A program made the position numbers and the translations under genes. Of a stretch of 64,000 nucleotides of DNA, positions 17,346 through 31,055 are shown piece by piece. Every line of letters begins with the position of its first letter. Position 1 is the first letter of the stretch. The notes below the pieces were generated by a model. It was given only the letters and a program-made list of their open reading frames with translations. It ran no database searches and was not told the DNA's origin. Location: assembly GCA_977030845.1 (NCBI GenBank), contig OZ365110.1:54188001-54252000 (forward strand), written 5' to 3'. The DNA is from Fimbriosthenelais zetlandica (Eukaryota).

Positions 17346-20300
17346 CTCTCTCACTCACTCAGATCCCATTGCAGCTCTGTGTATCCTCTTTTCTCCCTGC
17401 ATGCTTTGTGTCCTCCCTTTGTTGCTTACACTTTCTTTCACTCATTCACTCACTCATTGACGTTTTCTCACTCACCCTTTCACTCAACTCTCACACCCTC
17501 TCACTAACTCTATCTTCCATCCAGTCAATCACCCTTTCACTCACCCACTGTCTTCTTCGCTCCCTGCCGACTTCATATCTCCCTTCTTTCCCTCAAATCT
17601 CCCTTCTTTCCCTCATATCTCCCTTCTTTCCCTCATATCTCCCTTCTTTCCTTCCCCCCTCACCCTCCCACTCACCCCACTCTCCCTCTCACTCACCCTT
17701 TCACTCACTCTCTCCCTCACCCCACTTTCACTCACCCAGTCACTCACTCTCTCCCTCTCACTCACCCTTTCACTCACTCTCAACCTCTCACTCACCCTCT
17801 CCTCCCTCACTGTTGTCGTGTCGGGTCGGAGCGACACTAAACACACAAAAAGCAGGTAGATTTCAGTTGACGTGTTCTTGTTGGCGTCACACTGGGACAA
17901 AAACGTGGCTTCTTTTTACCAGAAACCTCGAGCTGAATCTTGTCTTCTCTCACAGATTGCATGACTTCTGAAGCCGTGAGTGTGCCCGGGCTCCCCCTAA
18001 ACATCACAACAGCCCTCCTTCTACCGCTTTTTACATTCTTTACCCTTCCACCTTCCATCTAATGCATTACAGTCTATAAAGAAGGCTGTATACTTACACA
18101 ATCAAAATCAGAAAGTCAGGAGCGTGGTTGGGAGAAGTGCGTGTAAAAAGTCAAACCAAATGCAAAGAAAGCGAGACGTTTTATCAACCCTTCGTGCGCC
18201 CCTCCCGCCGCGCAGTCTTTATTTCACAATCAAAGCGCGTTGCAGAATATAAAACACCAATACACACAGAAAGCCCGCTCACAAAGCTATATACCCACAT
18301 TCTCATCTCATGCCATCAAATCAATAGATTCCGAAAAACTCCCTCCACAAAAACGGCAAAAAATTAATAGAAATTTCACCGGAGGAAGGTACAGGCGTTA
18401 GTATGGCACACAATCAAGATATTGTGTTACCTTTCGTGGGAACACGTGGACACGCGATGTGTATAATATGTTTCAAGATTTTCTTTCACTCCCTCTCCGT
18501 TTCTTTTCATTGATATGTGTAGAGGAGTACGGTTGCTTTTGACATAAAAACGATGAGTGCGAACGAGTGCATTGTGAAATGTATGACACTTTGATACTAA
18601 CTTCAATGATTTGATAACCTTAGCATTAATGCGTTTGCTTTGATCATATTAAAAGCCTATATGATTTAATATTACTTTAGATAATATTACCCACTCTTAT
18701 TTGCCCATTAAATTAAAATAAAGCTGCAGCATTCATTAGTAAGTCGCATAATGAGTTAGTTTTCCATAATGATTGGTAATATGTGACATTATATAGGTAA
18801 CTGTACCGGGGAGCTATGGGTGGGTCTCTCTTATACTTTGTCTCTCTAACCATTTACCATCCCTCCCGTCACGAATACCAATTTCAAAGACCCATCATTT
18901 AATTAAAGCAGCGTCACTTACCGACACTACCGTATACATGTAATATACATACAGGGAAGCGCAAGAAGTTAAAACGCCGGAGCAGACGGCCACTATCAGG
19001 GGGGTTCATGAACAGCACAAAAGAGACCGCTTTCAACTGGGATATTATTTCGACCCCCTCAGTGCGGGCCGAGCCTCTTGTCAGTAGTTCATAGAAACAC
19101 ATGTCGGCTATTATAGTGATGGTCGTGAGGTATTGTCATGCCGTGAGCTGGCCAGCTTAACGCCCTCTCCCTCTATAGGTCGTCACTATTATTAATTGTC
19201 ACTTTGACCTGCTGTTTTATATTGTCCTGGAAGGCGAACATCTGTGTCACATCCTCTCTGCTATCATTTCCCATTGCTGCGACCATGGAGCTTACACTGG
19301 TTTATTAGGCTAATGAATATTAGGGGAGGTACCTCACACTATCAGTGGTTATTGTATATTGCTTTCTTTATTGTATGTATAGACATACAATGGCTTTATT
19401 GTAAGACCCGCTATTGTATGGATATTACTCACTGAAGCGATTTGTGAATAATATAATGATGGAAAAACGATAATGAGGTGTTTTTAAACCTTAATATGAA
19501 TTCATATTTGGATAAGGTTTAGCATTCTAGTCCAAGTTCCGTTATAATATATTTGATTGATTGGTACTACTTATTAAAGAAATTTAGAGGTAATAATTAA
19601 ATTAATGATATCAAATGAAGCAATTTTTATTTTAAAAGCAATTTTATTTTTATTATTTTAATTTTTTAATATAGAAATTTTAAACTGAGGAGTAGTATCG
19701 CACATTTTTCTAGCCATTGATAAATAATTTATTCTATTTATTAATTATAAATTTTATTAATACTAAAAATGTATAGACCACGTATAGCAGTATAACGCAT
19801 TACTATGATACTTCTACATAACATTTTAATGTTACTTAAATTGTTCTAAAATCTGCATAGTAACTCGCATTTGAATCGGCTCCCAAGCTATCTAAAAGGT
19901 GAAAGGCATCAAAATCCACCAGCAGATGTAGCCATGTATTAGCAATTTAAATCTGAGTTCCTCTGATCGGGAGGCCTTTTGATTCAAATTGACTTATAAC
20001 ATTAGGTTTGGCACATCATTAACTGGCCATGAAGGAGCGGCTGATGGATTATTTACTATAGAATATCGGCCTTGTTAGGCTGCTTTTGTCATCCCATCCT
20101 CTGTGATTGCCCCTGGGTGCTCTACTATTCTCCCCGTCATAATAAGGCACATCTAAAGCCGACCCCCTCTTACCCCCGGACCTGACCTCTCCTTTTCATA
20201 GCAATTTGCCACTTTTTGTTACTCGATCATTTTGCAGGGACTTGGTCCCAGGAGGGGGGTTTAATGGGGGTGGGGCCGAAGCCCTTTAGTCTCATGATCG

Positions 20301-21402
20301 TCGGTCCGATGACTGGCCCCTCCCGGTGATGGACATCGGTGGGTGGATTCACCATCTGGGCCTTTTACCTCAGGCTCACCCCCACCCCCCTCACCCCACC
20401 TTGTGGTGGAAACCTTCCGTTCCACATGCGGAAATCAAGTTACACTCCGATGAAATTAAAGAGAAAATTATATTAGTCAACAAGCCATTAGGTTCTGAGG
20501 TGCTAAAAAGCTTTTCACACGGGTGGTTAGCCCAACAGTGGTGAAAGGTTTCCTTTCTTAATTTGTTTAATTTATCAATTTGCCCCTATTAATTTACATT
20601 TAGGTCAGATTACTTTTGTATTGGAACATAATATGCACTGATTTTAAGCCGATTTTAACTTGGAAATATGATTTGAAACTCACTTCATTGTTCCATTTCA
20701 AACTATCTGTAAAATGAATCCACATCTCCTTATATGAATGAAGAGAGTCGATTCATTTTCAATCTGATTCCCTGACAAATCAACCTAAAGATTGACTTTT
20801 CATCTATGAATAGAAAATCTGATTAATCCTTCATGGAGTGTTTCCATACCTCATTACAGGCCTACTTGAGCCAACCTCACCCACTCAACCATAAAACCAC
20901 TGTTTGCATACAATAATATTTAGCAAAGCCAAGGCTCTTAATAGTTCAAATCAATGCGCAGACCATCGTTTGGGTCACACGTGTTGGGCTCTCGAAATCC
21001 ATGCTTGTGTTCACTCAATGCATGCAAAGCCACTCCACGCCTAATCCGAGAGCACTCACTCGAGCCACGAGTGAATGAGAGGGTGAGAGGAGGGGGTGAG
21101 AGGAGGGGGTGAGAGGAGGGGATGAGAGGAGGGGGTGAGAGGAGGGGGTAGTGATTTGTTAAGCACACACTATAATTGCAGTGAGAGGACGAGTGGTTGA
21201 CGGAAGCAGGAGGCTGTACACAGCCGCTCTACTCACTAATGGTCTCATGTATTCATGCGCCACCGCCGCACTTCCGGCGATTCACAGCCTGTGATGGTAG
21301 CTTGAGAACATCAGTCATGGCTTCTATAATAGCTGCGAAATCAACGGCTAACTCCACCAATAGTAGCAATTATTAATGGAGTAAATCCATGCGGATGTTG
21401 GC

Positions 21403-21564
21403 CTTGCGATTCTTGCAACAATTTCGAGGGATAGGCCTAGGCCTACTCTTATAGGCCAGCTGTACCACTCGGGGTTTCTCCGCGCTTGCAAATCATGCAG
21501 TGATTGCTACTGGTGTTTCAATGAGTAGGCCTAGATTGCAATGTAAAGTTGCAAGAATCGCAAG
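21403..21564. mobile_element. About 160-bp foldback/MITE-like element
   Basis: Perfect 17-bp inverted repeat cttgcgattcttgcaac (21403-21419 / 21548-21564), with a nested 11-bp inverted repeat taggcctactc (21448 / 21523). Confidence 0.6.
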
Positions 21565-22251
21565 CTTTTTATATAATATATAAGGAGAGTGGACTGTATT
21601 ACATTTAATAGTGCTAATCCTTTGACCCGCTACACTCACTAAATGAATGCTACTGCCTATACATTGATGCCAAGTGCTAACCGCTCACACAACGCCACCC
21701 CAGCCCCCTCCGTCCCAGGGGTGAATTCCCATTAAGGACGCATTAAGGGATAAATCCGCAAACGCCCTAATTATAAACCATGTCTCCACTGATCTGACAA
21801 CCCTGTTAAAAGGTTCGGATCCACCGACACGGTTTTATGCTGTAATTCCCTCATTGGTGACTGATGTCACTCCTTCCCTATTATAGGCCTATATACCCAT
21901 GGGAGGGTGAATGGAGTGGGGGATAAGGGAGGGGAGGGGTCCCATTCCCCACAGTCCACCCTCACACATTCTCAGGGTGAAAAATTCAGAGCTACACCCC
22001 CCACCCAATTTTTGGAATTTGACTTTGATAGAAAGTAACAAAATTGGTTGAGGGGGGGGGGGGGGGGACTTAGACTCCCAAACCAAACCCCGCCACCCAG
22101 CCCCCCGCCCCCAATCCCCATATTTTTTACAGCAAAAATATGTAACAAAATTTAAAGGAAAGGGAAGCAATCTCCAAAATACCCCCTTTCTAAGTATACT
22201 TAGGCCTAGCCATGAATACTCCTCCCCCCACCCCCGCCCCACCACCTTATA

Positions 22252-22265
22252 GTGCCCTCTAGCGG
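22252..22265 (-). promoter_or_regulatory. CTCF-like motif CCGCTAGAGGGCAC
   Basis: Perfect match to CCRSNAGRKGGCRS. Confidence 0.55.
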
Positions 22266-22439
22266 GAGCCTTAGAGACGATGTTAATTTGAATTCTCAGT
22301 TTACGGCTGATCTGGGTGATCAGTAAGCCTTTAACGCGCTTCCCTCTACTGTCATTACTCTATTCAACTGAGCAGACGTCAGATTCCAGCCCTGGGCTCT
22401 ATACCTCCACAAATAAAGACAGGATTACAGGAATAAGCC

Positions 22440-22830
22440 TCTCCCTGCCTCTCTCTCACTCTATCTCTCACTCTTTCACTCTCTCTGCCTTTATCTCTGT
22501 CCCTGCCTCTCTCTCTCTGCCTCTCTCTCTGCCTCTCTCTCTGCCTCTCTGTCCCTGCCTCTCTCTCTGCCTCTCATTCTGTCTGTCTGTGCCTTTATCT
22601 CTGTCCCTCTCTCTCAGAAGACTGCCCTCTCCTCCCTCTCTCAGACTCTCTCTCTCTCTCTGCCTCTCCCTCACTCGTCCTCTCTCTGTCGATCTCTCTG
22701 TCCCTCCCTGTCTCTTTCCTCTCTTTTACTTTTTCTTTCCCTGAGGCCTCTATTTCGGGAGACTGTCCTCTCTCCTCCCTCTCCACCCCTCTCTCTCCCT
22801 TAACTCTTCTTCCCTTTATTCCCTTCCCTT
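22440..22830. repeat. CT-rich simple repeat (similar GA/CT or G/C tracts near 23590-24000, 34850-35430, 45870-46170, 46390-46760, 50930-51195, 52270-52615, 55780-56050, 56240-56400, 57120-57350)
   Basis: Polypurine/polypyrimidine low complexity; these tracts explain many spurious ORFs. Confidence 0.95.
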
Positions 22831-23050
22831 TTCTAAAAATGTCCCCACAGAGAGCAAATAGAAAATAAGAGACTTGTAGGCTACAACCCCACTCTTGGAA
22901 ATCTGGAATTGTCCAGTTGTAAAATTGGGTGATTGTATTAAAAATAAACAATCCGATCCAGACGCTTCATATAGCTGTTGTCATGCTCGTACTCGCCCCC
23001 TGTTTGTAAGTATATTAAACATTATTCATTAATCGCCTGGAAATGGTTAA

Positions 23051-23266
23051 AGCCGGGACTCCACTGCTGCGATTTTGCTTGCGACACTACTGCGACAAAG
23101 GTGATCGATGCTTGTCAATTTGTATAAGAATAAAATGTATAAATTGTGGTTCAAGTGTCCAAGGCCTTAAGGCCGTCCTCCAATGGTAAATTTATCATTG
23201 AAACACAAACATCACCTTTGTCGCAGAAGTGTCGCAAACAAAAATCGCATCAGTGGAGTCCCGGCT
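23051..23266. mobile_element. MITE family A copy 1 (about 55-bp TIRs, PIF/Harbinger-like)
   Basis: taa|agccgggactccactgctgcgattttgcttgcgacactactgcgacaaaggtgat ... atcacctttgtcgcag...cagtggagtcccggct|tta. TWA or TTAA-like flanks. Confidence 0.85.
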
Positions 23267-24787
23267 TTATTCCGTGTACAATAGACCTATATTAAGTGCG
23301 GCAGATGATGGGTTACAGGTTGTCAGGTGAGGGGGAGGTTGAGGGAGCAGCTAGGGCCATTGCCCGCCTCACTGACCTGTCTATTAGTCTAGTAAGGTGA
23401 AGAGATAACAAGCTGTTTGTGTCAGATCGATGTCATTTTCCCGGGAATTGTTGTTAATAAGGAAATTGACAGAAGTCGTATAAGGGTTGGCTGAATCCGT
23501 CTAATCGAGGGATATGGGGGAGGTGGGTGTCAGGCTGGATGGATGCGTTGAGAAACGATGGTCAAAATACACACTTATATGGCTCATCCTCTTCTCACCA
23601 TTATTCTCCCTCTTCTCCCTCCCATTCTCCTGCCTTCTCTCTCCCTCTGTCATATAGCTTTCTCTTCCCCCTTTCCCTTTCCCCTTTCTCCTTCTCGTCC
23701 TCCCTTCTCCCTCTCACTTTCTCTCTCACTATTCTGTGCTCCCTCCCTCCACCCTCTCTCTCTTCTCTGTCTTCCCCCATCTTCCTAGCTGTCCTCTCTC
23801 TCACTCTGTATCCTCTTTCCCTTGCTTCTCTATTCTGTCCCCTCTCACTCTCCGTAGCTTTCATGGCTTTTCAGGTGAGAAACTTAGAGTTAGAAAGAGT
23901 GCGTGAGAGCACGAGAGGGAAAGAGAGAGGGAGAGAGAGAGCAATGGAGAGTAGAGAGAGGGAGAGAGAGAAGAGGGAGAGAGGGAGAGAGAGAATAAAG
24001 CCGTGATAGCAGGCCTTGTAAACATCCACCTTCGGAAATGGAAAACCGATCTTGTAGCAGTAGGAAATGAGCCATAGGTACCGATTACCCCGCTTCACCA
24101 TTGACAAACCGGGGCCCGGGGAAGCCTTAGAGAGGCAGAGATGTTGTCATCCGGGGTGCCCCCTCCCCCCTCCCCTCCCCCCTCCCCTCTCCCCTCCCCC
24201 CTGCCCCAACGATAATGGCCAAAGCCCTGCAAGTCGGTCATAACTGACAAAGGCTAAGGTCCAGCTCTTTGCCTCTCTCAAGCCCCTTAATTGGCCAACT
24301 TTCCGACATAGTAGATAGTGTTACATTGGATTCTTTGTGAACCCAGGGTCAGAAGGGGAAAACCCGTCAGAAAATGTCATGTGAGTTAGACGGGATGGGG
24401 AGAGAGACGGGGAAGGAAAGTGACTCGGCAAATTTGCTGGTGTCGCTTTCGGGCGGATGTCGCTAACGAGGGAGTGACAAATTGAAAGGTTCAGAGAAGG
24501 AAGCCTTCTGCTTTCAGCGGGTGAGAAGCACAGTTTGAAAGGTGAACCGCTCCTCGCCTATATTGTGGCCTCCAACCATGCCTGGGTTAAATACCCTCCA
24601 ACTCATAGCTGAGGTCTCCACACTGGACAGGCGTCTGAGAGCCAAACATGACAAAACTAGACAAAAAGGATGGGGCGAAGTAAGGGCGAACCCTCGAATA
24701 TGAAACTCACAAGGGAAATTCTTACTTTACTTCTGGCCAATAGGTCCCATACCTATACCCCTCCCAAAAAGAGAAATGATTTACAGA

Positions 24788-24814
24788 TTTGTAGACTTCA
24801 AGAAAGCGTTTGAC
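24788..24814 (+). mobile_element. Tiny non-LTR retrotransposon RT remnant (FVDFKKAFD)
   Basis: Translation matches the DFxKAFD motif of LINE-type RT. No open frame around it, and the 44-bp repeat follows immediately. Confidence 0.45.
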
Positions 24815-24852
24815 AAGAAAGAGTCCCACAGGGTTCAATATTAGGCCCACTG

Positions 24853-24955
24853 GGCTGGCCTTGTACATGCCTCTCACCAAACTCAATGAGAGACATGGCT
24901 GGCCTTGTACATGCCTCTCATCACAGACAGTGCATGGGAGATATAGCTGGCATTT
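24853..24955 (+). repeat. 44-bp minisatellite family, about 2.3 copies
   Basis: ggctggccttgtacatgcctctca twice. Confidence 0.85.
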
Positions 24956-25357
24956 GATATCCCAGTTAACAGCACTGAGTGGCTATGAGAACAATGACTG
25001 GAGTTCTGGAGGAAGTGCATGTTAAGTTTCTTTATATTTTGAGCCACTTTCTGCTGAAGAAAACTGTCATTTTGCTTAGAGCTAATGTCGTACAAAAGCC
25101 TGCACTCTGGGTAATTGCTGATCCTGGCAGTTGACTGATGATTGGCATTACTGTTCTCATGGAAAAAACTATTTGTCATTGAGCTGAGCGAGACAATAGG
25201 AAATAATGCTGAACAGAACAATTTCCTGTCTCAATTATGGTGCTTGGTATTCAGAGAAAGGCAATAATCGAAAATCCTGGCGAGCTGCTATAAGGCAGAT
25301 CTGCACGAAGGTAGGTGGGGGAGGGGGGGGGGGGGGGCTGGTGGAGACCAGCAATTA

Positions 25358-25560
25358 GGCTGGGACTCCACTGCTGCCATTTTACTTGTGGCACTACTGT
25401 GACAAAGTTGATGCTTGTGTCGCAATGAAAAATGTACCAGAAGTGGAAGGCTTTAATGCCTGGGGAATTTGGACTGCAATTTATTCATTTAATTGCGACA
25501 CAAACATCACCTTTGTCGCAGTAGTATCGCTAGCAAAATCGCAGCAGTGTATCACCGCCT
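25358..25560. mobile_element. MITE family A copy 2
   Basis: Same TIRs, more diverged. Confidence 0.82.
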
Positions 25561-26171
25561 TTTATTCAATATGTATGATCCCCTCCCAACCAACGAACGG
25601 AGCAACAAGCGATAAAAGAAGGTCTGAGGACACTTGAGTACATTTATCGGGTACTTCAGAATATTGTAAAATGACTGACAATTGCCAAGTTAACCAGTCC
25701 TGCTCTATTGGCAATCAGACAAAGTGCTCATATTTGGTTCCCTGCTTGTTTTCCGGACTTGTAAACCCCCGTGGTGAGAGGCTTTTTGCTCGCTCTAATC
25801 CCCGCGCTTTCCTTAAGTACCTCCATCAGCAAAAGCTCGGGAGGATAGGATTATTTGCAAACGCGCATCGTCTTCTTCCTACAGCGCTCAGCCGCGATGC
25901 ATCCTGGGAGATTACTCCGCGCGCTCATTTAGACGGACTTAATAAGCTGCGGAGAAAGAGCTTCAAAACACCACCTTATTCCAGCTCCCTTCTCCTCCCT
26001 TACCCCCTCCCTCCAACCGCGGCCCTTCTCTTACCCCCTCCCTCCAACCAAGGCCCTCCTCTTACCCCCTCCCTCCAACCAAGGCCCTTTACTTCCCACT
26101 CCCCACCCCACCCAAGCTCTTCTTATTGCTCACCAGTCCTTTCCTCCCGCCTCAACCCCCTAATAATTATT

Positions 26172-26590
26172 TCCTTCCCAACCCCTTACCTTTCTCCCCT
26201 ACCCAACCCCTTACCTTTCTCTCCTACCCAACCCCTTACCTTTCTCCCCCACGCAACCCCTTACCTTTCTCCCCCACCCAACCCCTTACCTTTCTCCCCC
26301 ACCCAACCCCTTACCTTTCTCTCCTACCCAACCCCTTACCTTTCTCCCCCACCCAACCCCTTACCTTTCTCCCCCACCCAACCCCTTACCTTTCTCCCCC
26401 ACCCAACCCCTTACCTTTCTCCCCCACCCAACCCCTTACCTTTCTCCCCCACCCAACCCCTTACCTTTCTCCCCCACCCAACCCCTTACCTTTCTCCCCC
26501 ACCCAACCCCTAACCTTTCTCCCCCACCCAACCCCTTACCTTTCTCTCCTACCCAACCCCTTACCTTTCTCTCCTACCCAACCCTTTACA
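26172..26590. repeat. 25-bp minisatellite (acccaaccccttacctttctccccc), about 16 copies
   Basis: Period 25 (26341/26366/26391). Confidence 0.97.
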
Positions 26591-29500
26591 TTAATTTCTC
26601 TCCCTTCCAACTCTAACCCATCCTCCCCTTACCTCCCACTCCCACCCAATCCTTACCTGTCGTTCCTCTCCCCTTCCAACCCTAACCCATCTTCTCCCTG
26701 ACCTCCCCCCTGTCCCAACCCCTTCCCATACACTTTCCCTCCCCGCCATCCCCTTACCTGCCTCCTCTCTGCCACCACCCCATCCACCTCCCCCTCCCAT
26801 CCCTCACCTTCCTCCTCTTTTCAAACACGGATGTCAATTCAGGAGATAGACAAGAATTCCAACAAAAATTAACTTGCCTGTCTTGGTAGTGCTGATTAAT
26901 AGTGGGGGATTCAGCGACGGCCCAAAGCGCCTTAACCCGGCTGCGTCGCCCCTGTCAGCGGTGTCGTCTTCATGCTGCCTGAATTGACTGCAGTATGAAC
27001 AGCCCCCGTGCCTAAAGAGGCTTAAATTGCATTAACTGCATTATATTCGGGCGCCGTTCAAAGTCCCCTTAATGTTCTAAATCCCTTCCGTCATGCTTTT
27101 AAATAAATTAAATGGCAAAATTAATTTCAGCTACTTTCACTTAAGTGCCTCGCAGGAACGGAATGGGACTATAGGCTACATCTGCACTTCAGGTACGAGA
27201 GGGATATAATCAGAAGATAGATTGTATTACTATACATTCTATATGTACATGGATAGAGTAGGGGGGGGGGGGGTGCTGGGGGCTATGTTCCCCCATTTCA
27301 GAAATGGTTTTCTTGGCACTCAAATATCAAAGTGGTGGGTCACGTAATGGGTACCCCTTTCCTTTTTCACATGAATGTAGCCCCTTCCGCCTTCCCCCAA
27401 TTTTCCACTTCCCTTAATTTTGCTTCCAGAGGTGATTTGTTGTTACTCAAATTAATTTTATTTTTTTTTTTTTTTTTTTTTTTGGGGGGGGGGGTCACTA
27501 TGCGGTCATCCGTCCCCCCTTGACAGGCCTGTTGACCTCCTTCCCCATCCCCTACAAAAATCATGAATCCTCCTCTGATATACTTTCCCGGAACAATTTT
27601 TACATTCATTACGCCTCTGATTCGTGATGGTTTCAATGTTATAACTTGTGAAAAATTAAAATAAAACATTCAATTTGATAAAAAGACACCCCAGTTGGGC
27701 ACCCCCATTGAGGATGTCGTGCCATCCCTGACCAAAAGGACGGGTAGGGAATGTCAACGGGGCGGGGTCCTTTCTTGTTTGTTTTTGTTTCCAAATCATA
27801 GGGTGAGAAAGCGTTAGAAAACTGCGAATTAGTGCTGTCCACATCTCCAGATGGTGACCAAGAAAAGAGAGGTGGACTGGGAGGAGCTATTTCCTCACGT
27901 GCCAGCGATTAAAAGACCATACCCCGCCAAGCTTTTCATGGCGAGTCGTGTGCGCAGACTCTCGCGCAGCGGGCAGTCCCGCACTGAAGGGGAGCCCGTC
28001 TTCTGATTGGCTAATGAATCGTGTAGCATAACGACAATTAATTTGTTCGCCAAGAGCGCCCATAGGCGACTCTCTCTCACTGGGCGATCTGCAATTGGCC
28101 ATTATAAAAGCTACTACGTATTGTCCCTCCTCCCCCAGCACTGTAAGGGACTCTAATCACACTTGGGTAATTGCGAACAAAAATATTCTAATTTGCCACT
28201 GGCAAGATGTCTCAAATTGAGCTGGTGAAGAACCCTTTGTTCTTTCAAGGCTCGGGTTTGGAATGAATGGGGCTGACTGCTGAGATAATGCATGGGTAGG
28301 GTCGCTTAATTATTATATAGAAATCCTAGCTGATGATTGACCCCACGGCACAAAAGGTCAAACTGTCACTTTCTTTATAAACCACTTTCTTTATAAGAAC
28401 ATGTTCTTAAAATTTAACTCACGCTGTCATAATTTTTGTGACAAGCTGAGAACAAAGCATGCAGGTAGTAACAAATGTTACCTTGTATATGGCAACGGTT
28501 TCCCTATTCATCTTCCCATCCCCTATCCCCTCCTCCTCCCCTCCCTTTTCCAATTTCCCATTACTCGCAAGTACTTAATTAACAGAACATTTGTAGAGGA
28601 AAATTAATCCAGGGGATTTTCACAGAGTGGGGTTATCAGAAGCTTAGTAAAAGCCCACCGCTGCTGCTGCCTGCTCTCCTCTCTCTGTACTCAGGATTCT
28701 CAGTTCCCTTACAACTTACTTTCTTCCTATCCACCGAGCAATTGCGTCATGAGAAGCGAGGAGTGGCTTCTTTTATGTGCCCCTCATTTAAAGTCAATAC
28801 GTTTGATTACGATAGTTGATAGAGGACACTTTAGGGGATGAGAGAGCACTAATAGACGTCAGTTTAGACTCTATAGAACGTCTCGATTCAGGGACCAATC
28901 CGGGTTTAGGCCAAAGGGAGGGGGCGGGGGGCTCGCGATTTTTTCCAATCCCCTTTCCCCGACTACTCCGGTGTCCAACAACACTTGTTTTTCTGGGTTT
29001 TTTTGGTTTTTTTTTTAGCATTTTTCTCCCCTGCCCCCTCTAAAAATTGCCCCTCCCCACCTTCCCCCACTGAAAATCGGGATAATATCCCCTTCCATCG
29101 CCACCACTACTCCTTTTTTATGATTTTTTTCTCATCATTTTTCAATGGGAGTGGGGTTTGCAACCCCCATCACCCCCACCCTCCCCCTGCACCCCACCCT
29201 CGGTGCTCATTGTCTCGACCTTTGTCTTTACGTGACTTCATAACGCTAGCCCATCTTAAGTATCTCCAATCTGAGGCAGATTAATTCCATCCTTAATGAG
29301 AGCCCAGTATTGAGTTGATCAGTGGCGGGGTGAGCCCCCGAGGCCCTTTAGGGGTTAATTCTAGACTTTGTGATGCAATTACCAGCTCTAAGCTGAGGAT
29401 GCAAGGCGTGTAATGCGTCTTGTTCTCTTGGAATGGCTCAACAGCAATGATGATATAGAATTGTGCAGCAAGATGGCAATGCCAACTTCAATATAATTCA

Positions 29501-29629
29501 TTTGAACATTTTAGTCTCAACAATACAGTACGATCTAAATAAATGATTTAGTGAGTATGCCTTTCTGCGTGGGCTTAAAACATTTGGTTCTTCCAATTTT
29601 TATTGGTCTGTTAGTTAGATGCTGTTATA

Positions 29630-30080
29630 GTATTGTCGAAACATTTGATAAAATCATTTATTGGTCGAATAGTGAGGTGGTCGCTTTAGGGAGTATGTCA
29701 TTATGTTGAAACATTTGATTCTGACCATTTTATTCGTGGGATCGTGAGGTTGGATGCATTATGGATTGTAAAGTGTAACTGTTGCTGGAACATTTGACCA
29801 ACACTATAAATGGTCGAATAGTGAGGTGGTCGCTTTAGAGAGTATGTCATCGTGTTGCTGAAACATTTGATTCTGACCATTTATTGGTCGAATAGTGAGG
29901 TGGTCGCTTTAGAGAGTATGTCATCGTGTTGCTGAAACATTTGATTCTGACCATTTATTGGTCGAATAGTGAGGTGGTCGCTTTTAGGGAATATGTCCCA
30001 GGTCTGTTGAAACATTTGATTCTGACCATATTATTTAGTGTTCGGATAGTGAGGTGGTCGCTTTAGTGAGGCGGTCTTTA
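29630..30080 (+). repeat. About 74-bp tandem repeat (gaaacatttgattctgaccatttattggtcgaatagtgaggtggtcgctttag...), about 6 copies
   Basis: gtgagg at 29672, 29744, 29821, 29895, 29969 and about 30049. Confidence 0.92.
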
Positions 30081-31055
30081 TATAATAACCCCCACTAATT
30101 ACTGGCATTAGAAACAATATGTGAAATAAATATTACCAATCTCATTTCGATTATATCCTGCATGCACCTTCGACTGTTTGCCGTCATTAAGCTCACAGTG
30201 CGGGAGACAGTATTTTTGTTGGCAGTTATTCCCCATTCATTGTGTGTCCGCCATTATACTTTGATTCAATATCTCCACGTGACACAGAATGCAGCCTGTG
30301 ACATTCACCATTTGCCATCATCACGATTTATTTTTGGGGGGCGTCGTGGCGTCCTATTTGAGAGTTAAGACTGTTCATACTCATTGCCTGGATGCGGTAA
30401 TTGCCTACGTGAAGCCAATATGTATATCCCCTTCCGGGAAAAATCACTTTGTGTCTCATTCTCTTAATCACCAGCAAAAGACAGCCAGGGAGGAACACAC
30501 AGAAAGTGTTTTATTTTCCCAAAACAGAACTCAGGTCATTAGGCAAGCGGCGGTGGTAATAAGCTGGGAATACTGCTTATTGTGTCGACTGAATTACCCT
30601 CATCACGGCACTGGCACAAAAGTCGCCATCATTAATTAAAATTGTTATTTTTATCGGAATACTTTGCTCGGGTCCCGTTATAATCAACATTGTCATGGTT
30701 TTTCATTGGGAACCTTATTAATTTCGGGTCCTTTAACAAAATATTGCCGACATAAGCGGGAATACCAAGTAGCATTCCACAGCGCTCCTCATCCCGCCCT
30801 GGCGCGGCGTAATTAAGCATAATTAAGCATGCCACTCATTATACTGCCTCTCAAGGCGGGATTGTTGAAATCAGCTGATGAATCCAGTAATTATGGAACT
30901 AATCATTACCCAAAACTCGTTTCAACAAAGACGATCATGAAATTATACTTCTCATTTTCACGAGATGATAACAACATTTAAAGTCGGATACGGTCTTCAT
31001 GTTCTTTGTCCATGCGAGCTATCCTCGTGTGTGGCTTCTATCTTCATCCAGTTAA

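Noticed and set aside
27138-27147. NK/Hmx-type TTAAGTG sites (autoregulation), including CACTTAAGTG palindromes
   Set aside because: About a dozen seen, close to the number expected by chance at this composition.
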